Positions 18,628 through 28,129 of a stretch of 64,000 nucleotides of DNA are shown here, piece by piece; within the stretch, counting starts at the first letter, position 1, and the number at the start of each line of letters is the position of its first letter. This stretch comes from a virus. A program made the position numbers and the translations under genes. Location of the stretch: positions 63,575 to 127,574 of IMG/VR virus record IMGVR_UViG_3300028377_000004. The stretch is one strand, 5' to 3'. The notes under the pieces were generated by a model, which was given only the letters and a program-made list of their open reading frames with translations, did not search any database and was not told the DNA's origin.

Positions 18628-19968
18628 TTATTCATTATCTAATTCTGCTAATTCTTCGGGACTCAGTTCGGTTTCATCAGGGCTGAAAGTCATCGCATCT
18701 CCTCCATCATCAAAATCAGGATCCGTAGGAAAGAAAAACATCTCATCCTCATCTCCTCCATCATCAAAATCAGGATCGTCGGGAGAAAAAATCATCTCAT
18801 TTGCGGAAGCCTCTTCCTCAGTGAAAAACATATCATCGTTTAATCCTCCACCACCTGTGAAATTATTCTCAGAAATGGAGGAAATCGAGTCCTGAAACCG
18901 GACTGTAAAATCAAATTTATACTCCAGAGTAAAAGGTGTTGCTTCGGATTCTGTAATAGAAAACGAGTCAAAAGACCCCGTATAAATAGTTCCATCATAG
19001 AAAATTTTTACGCTCCCCAAGACAGAAATTCGACGGTCTAAATTGTAGATATATGAGTTGTTCTGGTAAATCTGGAACAGGTTCATAAAATTCTGATATG
19101 CGGCAGACGATTGTCTATTGATCTGAGTAAGACCTCCAGTCCCTTGTCCCCTTCGATTAGTGGAATGGATATAGGTAGCTCCAATCGTACCCCCAGCACT
19201 GATAGTAGGCTGTTGTAAACCCCAGTGTTCAACTATGTAGCCATTTCTTCCTTTATTACCATCACTTATGACATGGTTATACGATATACTAAACTCCGAA
19301 GGGTTTACATACATGATAAGTGGGGGGAGATCTTTCATGGCTAATATTTGTGCCCTTATGAACCCTTCGTTGTCCTCTTCTTGTCTGGCTTGTCTTATTT
19401 CTTCACTTCTTGCTGCAAAGGTATCTCGTATTTCTTCTCGATTGGCCACTAGACTTCTACTTTGATTAAGAAGATCCCGATCAACTCTCCCTTTTTGGTT
19501 TTGGAAATTGCGATATCTTTCTATCTGTGTATTCAGGTAGTTCCCTATGTCCAATTCTTTAGGTTCAAAAACTACAGACTCATTGGGATTACCTGCTACT
19601 CTGGATCCTGTTGCTTCTGCCTCAAAGTTCCCGTCTAATTGTCGGGACTTAATGGGGCGTATCTCTAATTCCTGTGGGGCATTGATAGGGACGCTCCGGC
19701 TTTCTGTACTTGGATAGGTATCTGGGGGAACCAAAGCTATCATAACGGGTATGAGAGGCTTCTGAGTAGTTCCTACCGCAGCGTGTGGCGCAGGTTGTCC
19801 GTGAAACTCTACCCCTTTCTGACTATTCAGGATTCCATACTCAGATAAATTAGATCTGGTAATTTGAAAGGTCCTTTTAATAGTGTTGGCCTGTTGGTCA
19901 TTAACACTAAGATCTTCCTCTTCATCAAGAAAACCCGCGACCGGATCTATTTCTACAATTCCTGCCAT
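18628..19968 (-). CDS. Tail tube initiator / baseplate-tube junction protein (gp48/gp54-like tube-fold domain in C-terminal half)
   Basis: LIMYVNPSEFSISY...GYIVEHWG..QPTISAGGTIG...YDGTIYTGSFDSFSITESEATPFTLEYKFDF; paralogous to the next gene; acidic DDPDFDDGGD repeat in the tail. Confidence 0.6.
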   Translation of the reverse strand: MAGIVEIDPVAGFLDEEEDLSVNDQQANTIKRTFQITRSNLSEYGILNSQKGVEFHGQPAPHAAVGTTQKPLIPVMIALVPPDTYPSTESRSVPINAPQELEIRPIKSRQLDGNFEAEATGSRVAGNPNESVVFEPKELDIGNYLNTQIERYRNFQNQKGRVDRDLLNQSRSLVANREEIRDTFAARSEEIRQARQEEDNEGFIRAQILAMKDLPPLIMYVNPSEFSISYNHVISDGNKGRNGYIVEHWGLQQPTISAGGTIGATYIHSTNRRGQGTGGLTQINRQSSAAYQNFMNLFQIYQNNSYIYNLDRRISVLGSVKIFYDGTIYTGSFDSFSITESEATPFTLEYKFDFTVRFQDSISSISENNFTGGGGLNDDMFFTEEEASANEMIFSPDDPDFDDGGDEDEMFFFPTDPDFDDGGDAMTFSPDETELSPEELAELDNE

Positions 19969-19983
19969 ATTGAGATCTCTTAG

Positions 19984-20538
19984 TTAGTAGACAAAAGTAT
20001 AACGCTCTTTTTGAGCCTTGAAAGACCAATCTACGGTAAAAGAAAAAGGCTGCTCCGCAGTTTCATTTTCATTAAATGAGGTGAAGTATCCATCATAAAT
20101 ACCTCCTCCAAATAGAAGCCTAATTCTTCCTCTGAATTGGACATTCCCTTTGTCGTCATAGACCGAACCATTATTCTTATAAACGTCTAAAAGTTGCTTT
20201 ATCTTTCGATGTGCAATCGTATTACGGCGGTCATAAGTGGTCACTCCATTTTCCACAGACACAAAAGCTCCGGTTGAACCAGAAGCGGATATATCAGTTA
20301 GTTCCTTACCAAAATGCTGCTCTACAAATCCACCTTTCGTTTGGACTCTATTTACGTTCTGTGAATAGGAAAAATCCAGGTTCTGAGGGTTAACATGAAG
20401 ATACAGATAATCCGGTAGAAGAGGCGTATTTAGGTCGGGAGCTAGGACTTGAAATAAGACAGGCATGGCTCCTTTGGCATTCCTACCCCCTTCAAAAGCA
20501 GATGGAATACTGAAACGACTATTATTCTGATTGGGCAT
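19984..20538 (-). CDS. Tail tube initiator / tube-fold baseplate protein (184 aa)
   Basis: LYLHVNPQNLDFSY...GGFVEQHFG...ISASGSTG...GGIYDGYFTSFNENETAEQPFSFTVDWSF; start reassigned to MPNQ (20538) behind a GGAGGAG RBS. Confidence 0.6.
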   Translation of the reverse strand: MPNQNNSRFSIPSAFEGGRNAKGAMPVLFQVLAPDLNTPLLPDYLYLHVNPQNLDFSYSQNVNRVQTKGGFVEQHFGKELTDISASGSTGAFVSVENGVTTYDRRNTIAHRKIKQLLDVYKNNGSVYDDKGNVQFRGRIRLLFGGGIYDGYFTSFNENETAEQPFSFTVDWSFKAQKERYTFVY

Positions 20539-21550
20539 AACTAAACTCCTCCCCTCGAATGATATATTTCTCAAAAACTTCTTCATGTTCCGAAGGAAGA
20601 ACGCCCAAACAATACATAGAAAACGCTTCACAGAAATGTTCTTCTTCGTTTACGGAAGAATACCTAGTAGGATATGAAAAATATTGTGTATAAGCATCTA
20701 AGATTTTTCGGGCGGATAAATAACCTCCACCCTCCAAAAAGAATTTGTCTCCTTCGATCTTGGTAATAAGAGGCTCGTCATTCCCTTGGATTGGAAACCC
20801 TAAAGGATCTCCAACATCTGGGAGGGGCATATTAGAACTACCAATACTTCGATGGTATCTGCCCCATTGTCTTTTTATTTCCTTATCTAGTTTTCTATTC
20901 CAGAGACGATGACCAAATTCATGTATAAGAGCTTGAACTGCATCCGCATCTACTTTTTTACGGATACGAAGGCTGATATTATCATTCTCCACATTGTACC
21001 ATGCGTTAGCATGTGCCTGTAATAATTGCCCGGTTAAAAGAACGTCTCCATACAAAAGACTTTTTGCTGAGGGAACTGAACTTGAAGAAATAGACTTGTG
21101 TGATTTTCTAATTAGGTCTTTGATAAACTCTAGCTCTTTCCCTTCTGCTCCTACCGTGTTATGTACAGTAAAAGGACCTACCTTAAACATCTCGTCAGAA
21201 CCTAAAGACTTTTCGGGAAGGTCAATGGTGGACCTAAGGAAATCAATACGTCTTTTATTTTTCTTAATCCAAGCCTTAGGCTTAGAGGGAGCCCTTTTTA
21301 CTTTCATAAAAATTCGAGTAGCCATCTCCATATCTTTTTTAGAACGGGCGGGAATGGATTTATTATGCAAAACGTACTTAGCCAGTTTGATTCCCGCATT
21401 GATAAAAGGTATCAAAATACGCTTTGACACCATCTTAGAATTGTGAGAAGGTTCAGTATCGACCAATTTCAAGCCTTTAATTAGTGCCTCATAAACTCTA
21501 TCGAAATCCTTATAAAGTTGTCTTCCATCCTCTGCTGAAAATTTAAGCAT
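20522..21550 (-). CDS. Zincin metallopeptidase-domain protein (ATLF/MPTase-like)
   Basis: ALIHEFGHRLW zinc motif plus downstream PTRYSSVNEEEHFCEAF; translationally coupled to the tape measure gene. Confidence 0.6.
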   Translation of the reverse strand: MLKFSAEDGRQLYKDFDRVYEALIKGLKLVDTEPSHNSKMVSKRILIPFINAGIKLAKYVLHNKSIPARSKKDMEMATRIFMKVKRAPSKPKAWIKKNKRRIDFLRSTIDLPEKSLGSDEMFKVGPFTVHNTVGAEGKELEFIKDLIRKSHKSISSSSVPSAKSLLYGDVLLTGQLLQAHANAWYNVENDNISLRIRKKVDADAVQALIHEFGHRLWNRKLDKEIKRQWGRYHRSIGSSNMPLPDVGDPLGFPIQGNDEPLITKIEGDKFFLEGGGYLSARKILDAYTQYFSYPTRYSSVNEEEHFCEAFSMYCLGVLPSEHEEVFEKYIIRGEEFSYAQSE

Positions 21551-24500
21551 TAACTTTCTCCATATCTTTTGCGTTCGGCCATTTCAAGAACTCTCAAAAT
21601 AGTGTTTTCCACTTCTTGCAAATTCCCGCCATTAATATTAAAAGTGTTGTGCATTGCCATATTAGAAGATCCCCGGCCACTGCCGCCTGCTCCCAGAGCA
21701 TTAAAAAGATCTGGTACAAACTGCCCAGATCTACCTGTCACTGTGTCAGCGATCTCATTGCTTTTGATAATCATATCTCCAGGGGCAAACAAGTGCGGAG
21801 CGAACCCTCCACTTAGGATCTGGGCATCCTGAGCATCGGACAAATACCCTTGGTCCGTTAGAATTCTTCTAGCCTCATCCGCCTTAGGTCCTGCTATTGA
21901 AGAAGGATTATTGATGGCGAGGTTCGCATTTCCCTCAGAATAACCTATGTCCCTAAGTTGACTTATAGTTTCCCTCTTCTTTTTCTCATCTTCAATAGCT
22001 GTTGCAGTTTCTCTTGCCATCCTTAGGGTGGTTTCCCCATCTAGTATGGTGTCATTAGACACTTCGGTAGCAATCGTGGCTAGTCTATCTTCCATTTCGG
22101 CTTCAGTTAATACCCCTTCCTCCATAAGATCTGCTACTCGTGAATCTAGCCTTTCTTTCGCTCTGGCACGGGCACGGCGACCTCTGTTATCCTCCCGACC
22201 TTGATACATCTTCTGGTCAACTTCTGACTCTAAACCTTCAGGTAGTTCAGGAGTCCCACCCCCGGGTCCCACAAAACTCGCGTACGGTCCATACTTTGCG
22301 AAGGCCACGACGTTTTCAATTATAGAATTTACTGCCATTTCAACTGGATGCTCATCAATGACCTCTGCGGTCCTCTCCGCAGTAGTCCCTCCCGTTTCCG
22401 CTATTTCTTGTTCTTCTATTGATCCAACTCTAGAACCTTCTACAGTTTCTATTGAGGCTCCCAGTCGTAGCTGTTCAATAGTACCTTTCTCTGTTTCTAT
22501 AGTTTCGTTAAGACTTTCAATATCCTGTGCTATATTTCTCGCAGCATCAATGTCTTCGTTCTGGTTTGCTTCCCTCAATTCCTCTTCTTTTTGATGCATT
22601 TGGTCTTGCAATTGCTGAACTTCCCTTCTTCTTTCTGCTTCATACATGGTTCTATCGGCTTTTAGGATCGCTTCGTCATCTTTTAGAAGCCTAGCCACAA
22701 ATGTTGAAATCATAGCAGTGTAATACCCAATCGTATTAAGGGCATCATAAATCAGGTATTGAAGGATATCCGCAACGCTTTGTGTAGCCTCTACCTGCAA
22801 TTCTGCTACATCTTTTTGCATATTAGCTTGCTGTCCAATTCTATCTTTTTCCTCATCAGACATGGCTTTGATAATATCATGCTGGTCTTCGATAGCCTGG
22901 TTTGTCTCTGCATTGATTAGTTGACCATTCTCAACGCGAACATCCAGACCTCTATCTCTAGCCCAGGCCATGATTTCATTTTCATCCATTCCCTCTTCTA
23001 CAGCTCTTTCCAAATAGGATAACTGACCCTCACTTACCACAGAAAGTCGCTGCAAAGCAATGAGTTCTTTTTCATTGACGCCAACCTGTTCTGCATAGAT
23101 GAGAGGGATGTCAGCAATCGGACCAAAAAGTTGTTCGAGGCCCGCAGTTTTGATTTCCATTTGGTCGAGGCCCCCCAAGTTTCTCATAGCATCTGCTACG
23201 TGAACTCCACCCTTATCAATACTCTCAATCATTTCAGCACTTTGCTGTAAATTTCGTAGCTGATCTTCTGAAACAGAGTCAATTCCTTTCGCATGAGCAA
23301 TGAACTCCCCATAGGCATCACCATCTTTATCTCTAAGCTCTTGAAGTGCCGCCCCTAACTCTTCTCCACTGGAGACTGCATTAACTCCAAACTCTGATAG
23401 AGCAGTATTGATCCCGCTGAACCCTCCTTCCATTTCTCCGAGATTATTAAGCATTTCCCTAGAGGTTTCAGTCAACATCTCTTGAACTCTTCCTGTACCT
23501 GCTAATAGACCTGCTCGTATCCTTTCCTGTGCATTCATATTCTGAATACCGGTGGACATAGCGGTTGCAAACTCCTTGGCAGTGTCAGCGTCTAGGTGTT
23601 GACTCATCTCCCCAAGAATGAAAGAAGTCTCTTCGATCTTATAGTTGTAAAGACCCATTTGACCTGTAATTTGAGATACCGTGCTGAAAAAATTCTTTGT
23701 GGACATACTTGCTTTTTCCGCTGCACCCACAACGTGCTGTAACTTCTCTTGGATCTGAGGCAACTCCATTGCATGTAAATCGGACAGTTTACCCACAAAC
23801 TCCGAAACTGTCCCCATGTCAGTGGCTAAATTAAGAGAGGCTTCCCGCACCATGGTAACTACACTAGTAGCTGCATATCCAAAATCTGCATACCCGTCTC
23901 CTAGATCTGTTAAGCTTGCATTATGGTCTTCAAGAGCGCCGATAACTTCATAATGCTGTTTGGGATCAAGACCCAATCGAACATTGGTTCTAAAATCAGT
24001 AGCAGCTTCACTCAAAGCCTCCATTCTTTCTTTAGCTAAGGCAACGTTACCTTCTCCCAATTTCATTAGGGATACAGAAGAGGTTAACGCTTTATTTAAT
24101 TCAATAACTTGAGCTTCGGAATCAATAAGAAGCTTTACTAACATGCTGACGCCGCCGACAGCCATCATGATGGGACCTAGCATTTTTACCAGACCTCCCA
24201 GCATTTTAGTAATCCCTCCAATGCCCTTTCCAACGACGGGAAGATTACCTGCTCTCTCCATCATTGAAGGACCCATAGAAGAGTTATGTTTTCGTTTAGA
24301 TGCTCTCCTCTGACGATCATGTGAGAATTTCTTGGCCCCCGCTGTAATAGCTCCTCCCATAATTCCTGATAAAGAATTTAGGATCCCTGCAGCGTCCCCC
24401 TCAATAGCCCCTTTAATAGAGCCTCCAATGCCCTTTCCTAACTTGTCAGGGAGATCTTTTTTCAGGTACTCACTTAGGTCCTCCCGATTATCAATGAAGG

Positions 24501-24957
24501 CTTTTTTGAGGTCCTTCCCCTGTTCCTGTGCATTTTTAAGGAAGTCTACCTGTTTTTTCGATACCTCTTGATAAAAACTGTCGTAAGCTGCTTGTTTCTT
24601 AGCTAAAACTTTTTCATTACCAGATGCTTCTGCTTTTTTTAACTCATTCTCTAATTTAGCTAATTCCTTAATGGATTTTTGCATCTCATCGATGCCTTTC
24701 TGATTTTGTTCAAAAATCTGTTTGAAGGATCCTTTACCTTCAAACGATTTTAGCATTTCTTTATGAGAATCCCCAATTTCCGATATGGATTTCTGGAGAT
24801 TTTTAAACTGCTTGACACCCTCCGATTGAGATTTATTTATCCCCTTCTGGACTTTGTCGTAATGATTCCCCATCTGATCGATCAGATCAATAAGACCCCG
24901 AACACTGGAGTCATCTACGACCATCTCCATTTCAGTTGTAATTTTCTCATTAGCCAT
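21550..24957 (-). CDS. Tail tape measure protein (1135 aa)
   Basis: Long helical Ala/Gly/Met/Lys-rich ORF after two chaperone-like genes and before the tube initiators and hub; ends in TFNINGGNLQEV. Confidence 0.8.
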   Translation of the reverse strand: MANEKITTEMEMVVDDSSVRGLIDLIDQMGNHYDKVQKGINKSQSEGVKQFKNLQKSISEIGDSHKEMLKSFEGKGSFKQIFEQNQKGIDEMQKSIKELAKLENELKKAEASGNEKVLAKKQAAYDSFYQEVSKKQVDFLKNAQEQGKDLKKAFIDNREDLSEYLKKDLPDKLGKGIGGSIKGAIEGDAAGILNSLSGIMGGAITAGAKKFSHDRQRRASKRKHNSSMGPSMMERAGNLPVVGKGIGGITKMLGGLVKMLGPIMMAVGGVSMLVKLLIDSEAQVIELNKALTSSVSLMKLGEGNVALAKERMEALSEAATDFRTNVRLGLDPKQHYEVIGALEDHNASLTDLGDGYADFGYAATSVVTMVREASLNLATDMGTVSEFVGKLSDLHAMELPQIQEKLQHVVGAAEKASMSTKNFFSTVSQITGQMGLYNYKIEETSFILGEMSQHLDADTAKEFATAMSTGIQNMNAQERIRAGLLAGTGRVQEMLTETSREMLNNLGEMEGGFSGINTALSEFGVNAVSSGEELGAALQELRDKDGDAYGEFIAHAKGIDSVSEDQLRNLQQSAEMIESIDKGGVHVADAMRNLGGLDQMEIKTAGLEQLFGPIADIPLIYAEQVGVNEKELIALQRLSVVSEGQLSYLERAVEEGMDENEIMAWARDRGLDVRVENGQLINAETNQAIEDQHDIIKAMSDEEKDRIGQQANMQKDVAELQVEATQSVADILQYLIYDALNTIGYYTAMISTFVARLLKDDEAILKADRTMYEAERRREVQQLQDQMHQKEEELREANQNEDIDAARNIAQDIESLNETIETEKGTIEQLRLGASIETVEGSRVGSIEEQEIAETGGTTAERTAEVIDEHPVEMAVNSIIENVVAFAKYGPYASFVGPGGGTPELPEGLESEVDQKMYQGREDNRGRRARARAKERLDSRVADLMEEGVLTEAEMEDRLATIATEVSNDTILDGETTLRMARETATAIEDEKKKRETISQLRDIGYSEGNANLAINNPSSIAGPKADEARRILTDQGYLSDAQDAQILSGGFAPHLFAPGDMIIKSNEIADTVTGRSGQFVPDLFNALGAGGSGRGSSNMAMHNTFNINGGNLQEVENTILRVLEMAERKRYGES

Positions 24958-24974
24958 GAGCTAGTTCCTCATTA

Positions 24975-26195
24975 TTAATCTTTATTGGGATCATCATCGC
25001 CAATAATATCGGGATAATCTAAAGCATCGGGATAGGATAAGTCTTCTTCTGATACACGGTAGTAGTCATCCATTATGGTTCCACTTCTACTTTTCGTCTT
25101 TTTTCCGTGATTGCTTTCGTTTTCGCTTTTAATAATGCCCCATTTTTCAAGCCTTTCTCTGTTTTCTGCAAAGTCTCTATCTGTTCTATAAGAACCATCT
25201 TTCAAATGTTGGGCTTTTCTTATGTTTTGAGCGCGTACCTGTTCTTCTACTTCTCCCTCTTCATAGAATATGAAAGGATCTTCACTAGCATCGGTTCCTT
25301 TAAAAACCTTTTCCCTATTTTTTCGAGCTTCTTCCCTTTTAGCTTGTATTCTAGCCTGTTCTCTAAGATAATTTTCTTGAACCCGGTTTTCATGATCTTC
25401 AATTACACTATCATGGAAGTCTTTTTGACCTTTCAAAGACCTATTCATCTGTGTGAGAAGGTCATCCACGGACTCATTGGAGACTTTGATTTCGCCTTTA
25501 ATATTTTCAGTAGCTTTATTGAAACCCGCAGATTTGAAAGCTTCTTCTCGTCTTCTACTTTCTTGACGCTGTTTATCTGCATCTTTTGCATCAATTTTTT
25601 TCAAAGCTTTTGGATTATGAACCGAAGCTTGAAATTTGGTGAGAGACCACTGACGATCATTTTCTTCTTTAATGTCATCAATGCTATTAAAAAAAGTCCA
25701 TATTTTTTGATGCATATTAAGTCCTAGAGACGAAGTTCCTGAAATACCCGTAATTCTGGAATCATTTAGAGGGTGTCCCCGATAGGAATACCACCGTTGG
25801 CGAGAGAGGTACCCATAAGTATAAGGCTGAACCTTATGCATTTCCTTGGTAGCTTGTATGTTGAGGAATTTAAGCCGTCTTAGGATCCGATCTATGACGG
25901 GAGTTGGCAGGTCTAGAATCACGTCTACAAGTTTTGGAATATAAAAATCCCTATCAGATAGCACGTTAACCTGATCAAATAGGAAAACACTATAGGCTAT
26001 CATATAAGCCGATCTCTGTTTTTGCCTTTTTTGATAAGGTAAGTTGAAAGGGAGATAGACTTCCAGAAGATTATTTTCAAAGGTATTAATTGTTTTGAAG
26101 ACGACTGGAGTTCCCCCCAAATCTGCGTGCAAAACTAAAAATCCTCGAAATAAGAGTTGTTCCAGATTGTCATATTTTGATCCTGTTGATATCAT
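24975..26195 (-). CDS. Tail assembly chaperone-like protein (406 aa)
   Basis: Position directly upstream of the tape measure gene; helical and charged. Confidence 0.45.
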   Translation of the reverse strand: MISTGSKYDNLEQLLFRGFLVLHADLGGTPVVFKTINTFENNLLEVYLPFNLPYQKRQKQRSAYMIAYSVFLFDQVNVLSDRDFYIPKLVDVILDLPTPVIDRILRRLKFLNIQATKEMHKVQPYTYGYLSRQRWYSYRGHPLNDSRITGISGTSSLGLNMHQKIWTFFNSIDDIKEENDRQWSLTKFQASVHNPKALKKIDAKDADKQRQESRRREEAFKSAGFNKATENIKGEIKVSNESVDDLLTQMNRSLKGQKDFHDSVIEDHENRVQENYLREQARIQAKREEARKNREKVFKGTDASEDPFIFYEEGEVEEQVRAQNIRKAQHLKDGSYRTDRDFAENRERLEKWGIIKSENESNHGKKTKSRSGTIMDDYYRVSEEDLSYPDALDYPDIIGDDDPNKD

Positions 26196-26219
26196 TGTGA
26201 GCTAGACCTACAACAAGAA

Positions 26220-27353
26220 TCATTTATTTCGCTTATTAGGAGGTCGAAAATTTGGGTTTACGTTGGGATCCGGACCTTCATTAATTTTAGGATTACCCCT
26301 TTCAATGGGTTTTCTTGGGGTCAGGACTTCTACATCATCGGAAAGAGAGGGATCTACTTTCATGTCGCCAGTATCATTCTTCCTTTTATTAGCATTCACA
26401 GTATTTTGAGGCCCGTCATGACCTCCTAATACCTGTGCATCTACCTGATTAAGAGGTTGCCTACCTTCATGTTGCTGGTCTTGTGCCTGGGTGTTATGAC
26501 GACCTTGTCTCTGCATAAGCAATCGATCCTGCGCCTCCGCAGCTGCTAATTCATCTCCCGCTAGAGGTTCACCATGTTCATTGTAATATAAAGGTTCCTC
26601 TCCTGTATTGGCAGGATGTTCCACTCTTTCAGGATGGTTTTGTGGTGGTGTTTCTTTTCTCGCAGGTTCCCTTTGTGGAGCGTTTTCATACATGAAGTCC
26701 TCTGAAACATGTGGCGGCTGTGAATCTTCATCCACTTCGCTAAACATCTGTTTCTTTAAAACTTCTTTATTTACAGAACTGTCTTCTTCTTCGATATCTG
26801 AAGAAGGCGCTTTATTTTTTTGAACCTTGGCTCTAAGCTCTCGCAATTCTTGTTCTAATTCTTCTATTCGTACTTCGGGGTCATTTTTAGCAAACTCAAC
26901 CCCCTCCAAAGCTTTTTCCTGTGCCCTTTCAGTTAGTTCATTGAACTTCTTGAAAACGGTATCAATAACTGAATCTTCCCATTCAGAAACAATACCTCGT
27001 ACAAAAACATGCTTTTGCACCTTAATTGGATGTCCGGTTTGATCATCAATTTTATCTGTGGTAATATAGTCTACCCCATGAAAATCAATGGAGTCTAATT
27101 CCATAACAGCATAAGTTAATGTCTCTATTTTCATTGCCTGAATCCAGTTAGAAAATGAAAAAGAATCTTCACTTTCTTGGGACAAATCAAACAGGGGTTG
27201 ACACACTTGATTAGCTGCTTCGAGTTCCCGTCTTAAAACGGTTCGTAAAGTAATAGACCTCCCGATGATATCGAAAGTATCTTCTAGGTGGCCTAGTCTG
27301 CGGACTTTTTTGAGTCCTTGTTCGATTTGACTGACGTGGAGAGTTTTTGACAT
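26220..27353 (-). CDS. Tail assembly chaperone-like protein (377 aa)
   Basis: EDTFDIIGRSITLRTV...IETLTYAVMELD pattern followed by a disordered tail; lies between tube and tape measure; AGAGG RBS. Confidence 0.5.
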   Translation of the reverse strand: MSKTLHVSQIEQGLKKVRRLGHLEDTFDIIGRSITLRTVLRRELEAANQVCQPLFDLSQESEDSFSFSNWIQAMKIETLTYAVMELDSIDFHGVDYITTDKIDDQTGHPIKVQKHVFVRGIVSEWEDSVIDTVFKKFNELTERAQEKALEGVEFAKNDPEVRIEELEQELRELRAKVQKNKAPSSDIEEEDSSVNKEVLKKQMFSEVDEDSQPPHVSEDFMYENAPQREPARKETPPQNHPERVEHPANTGEEPLYYNEHGEPLAGDELAAAEAQDRLLMQRQGRHNTQAQDQQHEGRQPLNQVDAQVLGGHDGPQNTVNANKRKNDTGDMKVDPSLSDDVEVLTPRKPIERGNPKINEGPDPNVNPNFRPPNKRNK

Positions 27354-27459
27354 TTTTAGTCCTCTAATTTAGATACAAATGTACTAGGGTTCGATCTTTT
27401 GGGACCGAATAATTTGATGAACAATGATGTGGTTTATTATGTAAAGTATAGACGGAATA

Positions 27460-28116
27460 TTAGAGCACGTCGTTTTCGCGCATCCATTCAATATCGTCTT
27501 CTTCGGACCTGCCGGGGAATAGAAATCCACAGCCTTGAAGTCTCATTTCATAACCCGCGCCGCCGTGACTAAGGGCATAAGGTCCATAAACGTAGGATGT
27601 TAACTTTCTTCCGGGAAAAGTAAGACCTACCATTCTCTCAGGGGGAACTCTATCTAGAGGATCATAAGGTCTTTCATCTTTTATAACGAGTCGAACCCCT
27701 TTAAAAAGGGTAGCAGGATCAAAATCTACGACATTAGAAAACGAGTCAAATACTTCTTGCAGGAAAGGACCCATAACGGAAGAAGGGACATAGTATTTAG
27801 TGGACTCAAATTCAACTTTAACGCCCTTTACCTCGTAGAAAGGTTGAAAGTTGGACAAACCATGCCAATAAGTGGCCCAAGTCCCAATAAGCGCAAGAGG
27901 GACTAGCACAAGCCCAATCAAGGCTACGGTTCCCGAAGTAAAACCATTAGTTACTACCAGAAAGATAGTAGCTATAACCGCCAATACAAGAAAGAGGGGG
28001 AGTGGCCAATTTCGGAGTAAAACAAACTTCCATCGCATCGACATAGGAGGTTCCTCATAAGTATGAGGCTCTAGTAACCCTTTGTCATTTAGTATTCTCT
28101 GTACTTCATTTCTCAT
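27460..28116 (-). CDS. Membrane protein with two N-terminal TM segments (218 aa)
   Basis: Hydrophobic stretches LPLFLVLAVIATIFLVV and VALIGLVLVPLALIGTW. Confidence 0.55.
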   Translation of the reverse strand: MRNEVQRILNDKGLLEPHTYEEPPMSMRWKFVLLRNWPLPLFLVLAVIATIFLVVTNGFTSGTVALIGLVLVPLALIGTWATYWHGLSNFQPFYEVKGVKVEFESTKYYVPSSVMGPFLQEVFDSFSNVVDFDPATLFKGVRLVIKDERPYDPLDRVPPERMVGLTFPGRKLTSYVYGPYALSHGGAGYEMRLQGCGFLFPGRSEEDDIEWMRENDVL

Positions 28117-28129
28117 AATAGTTACCTTT

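Noticed and set aside
26196-26222. Programmed frameshift or read-through joining the two tail chaperones (lambda G/GT style)
   Set aside because: Both ORFs are in the same frame, and the 24-nt spacer has two more in-frame TAG stops, so neither a simple +/-1 shift nor single read-through joins them
27385-27400. GGGTTCGATC T-loop-like sequence suggesting another tRNA
   Set aside because: No T-stem, acceptor stem or D-arm can be formed around it
27460-28116. Holin, or an inactive zincin, assignment for the two-TM protein
   Set aside because: It is 4.5 kb from the lysin, has a large soluble domain, and its GYEMRL segment lacks both zinc-binding His residues; evidence is insufficient for either call
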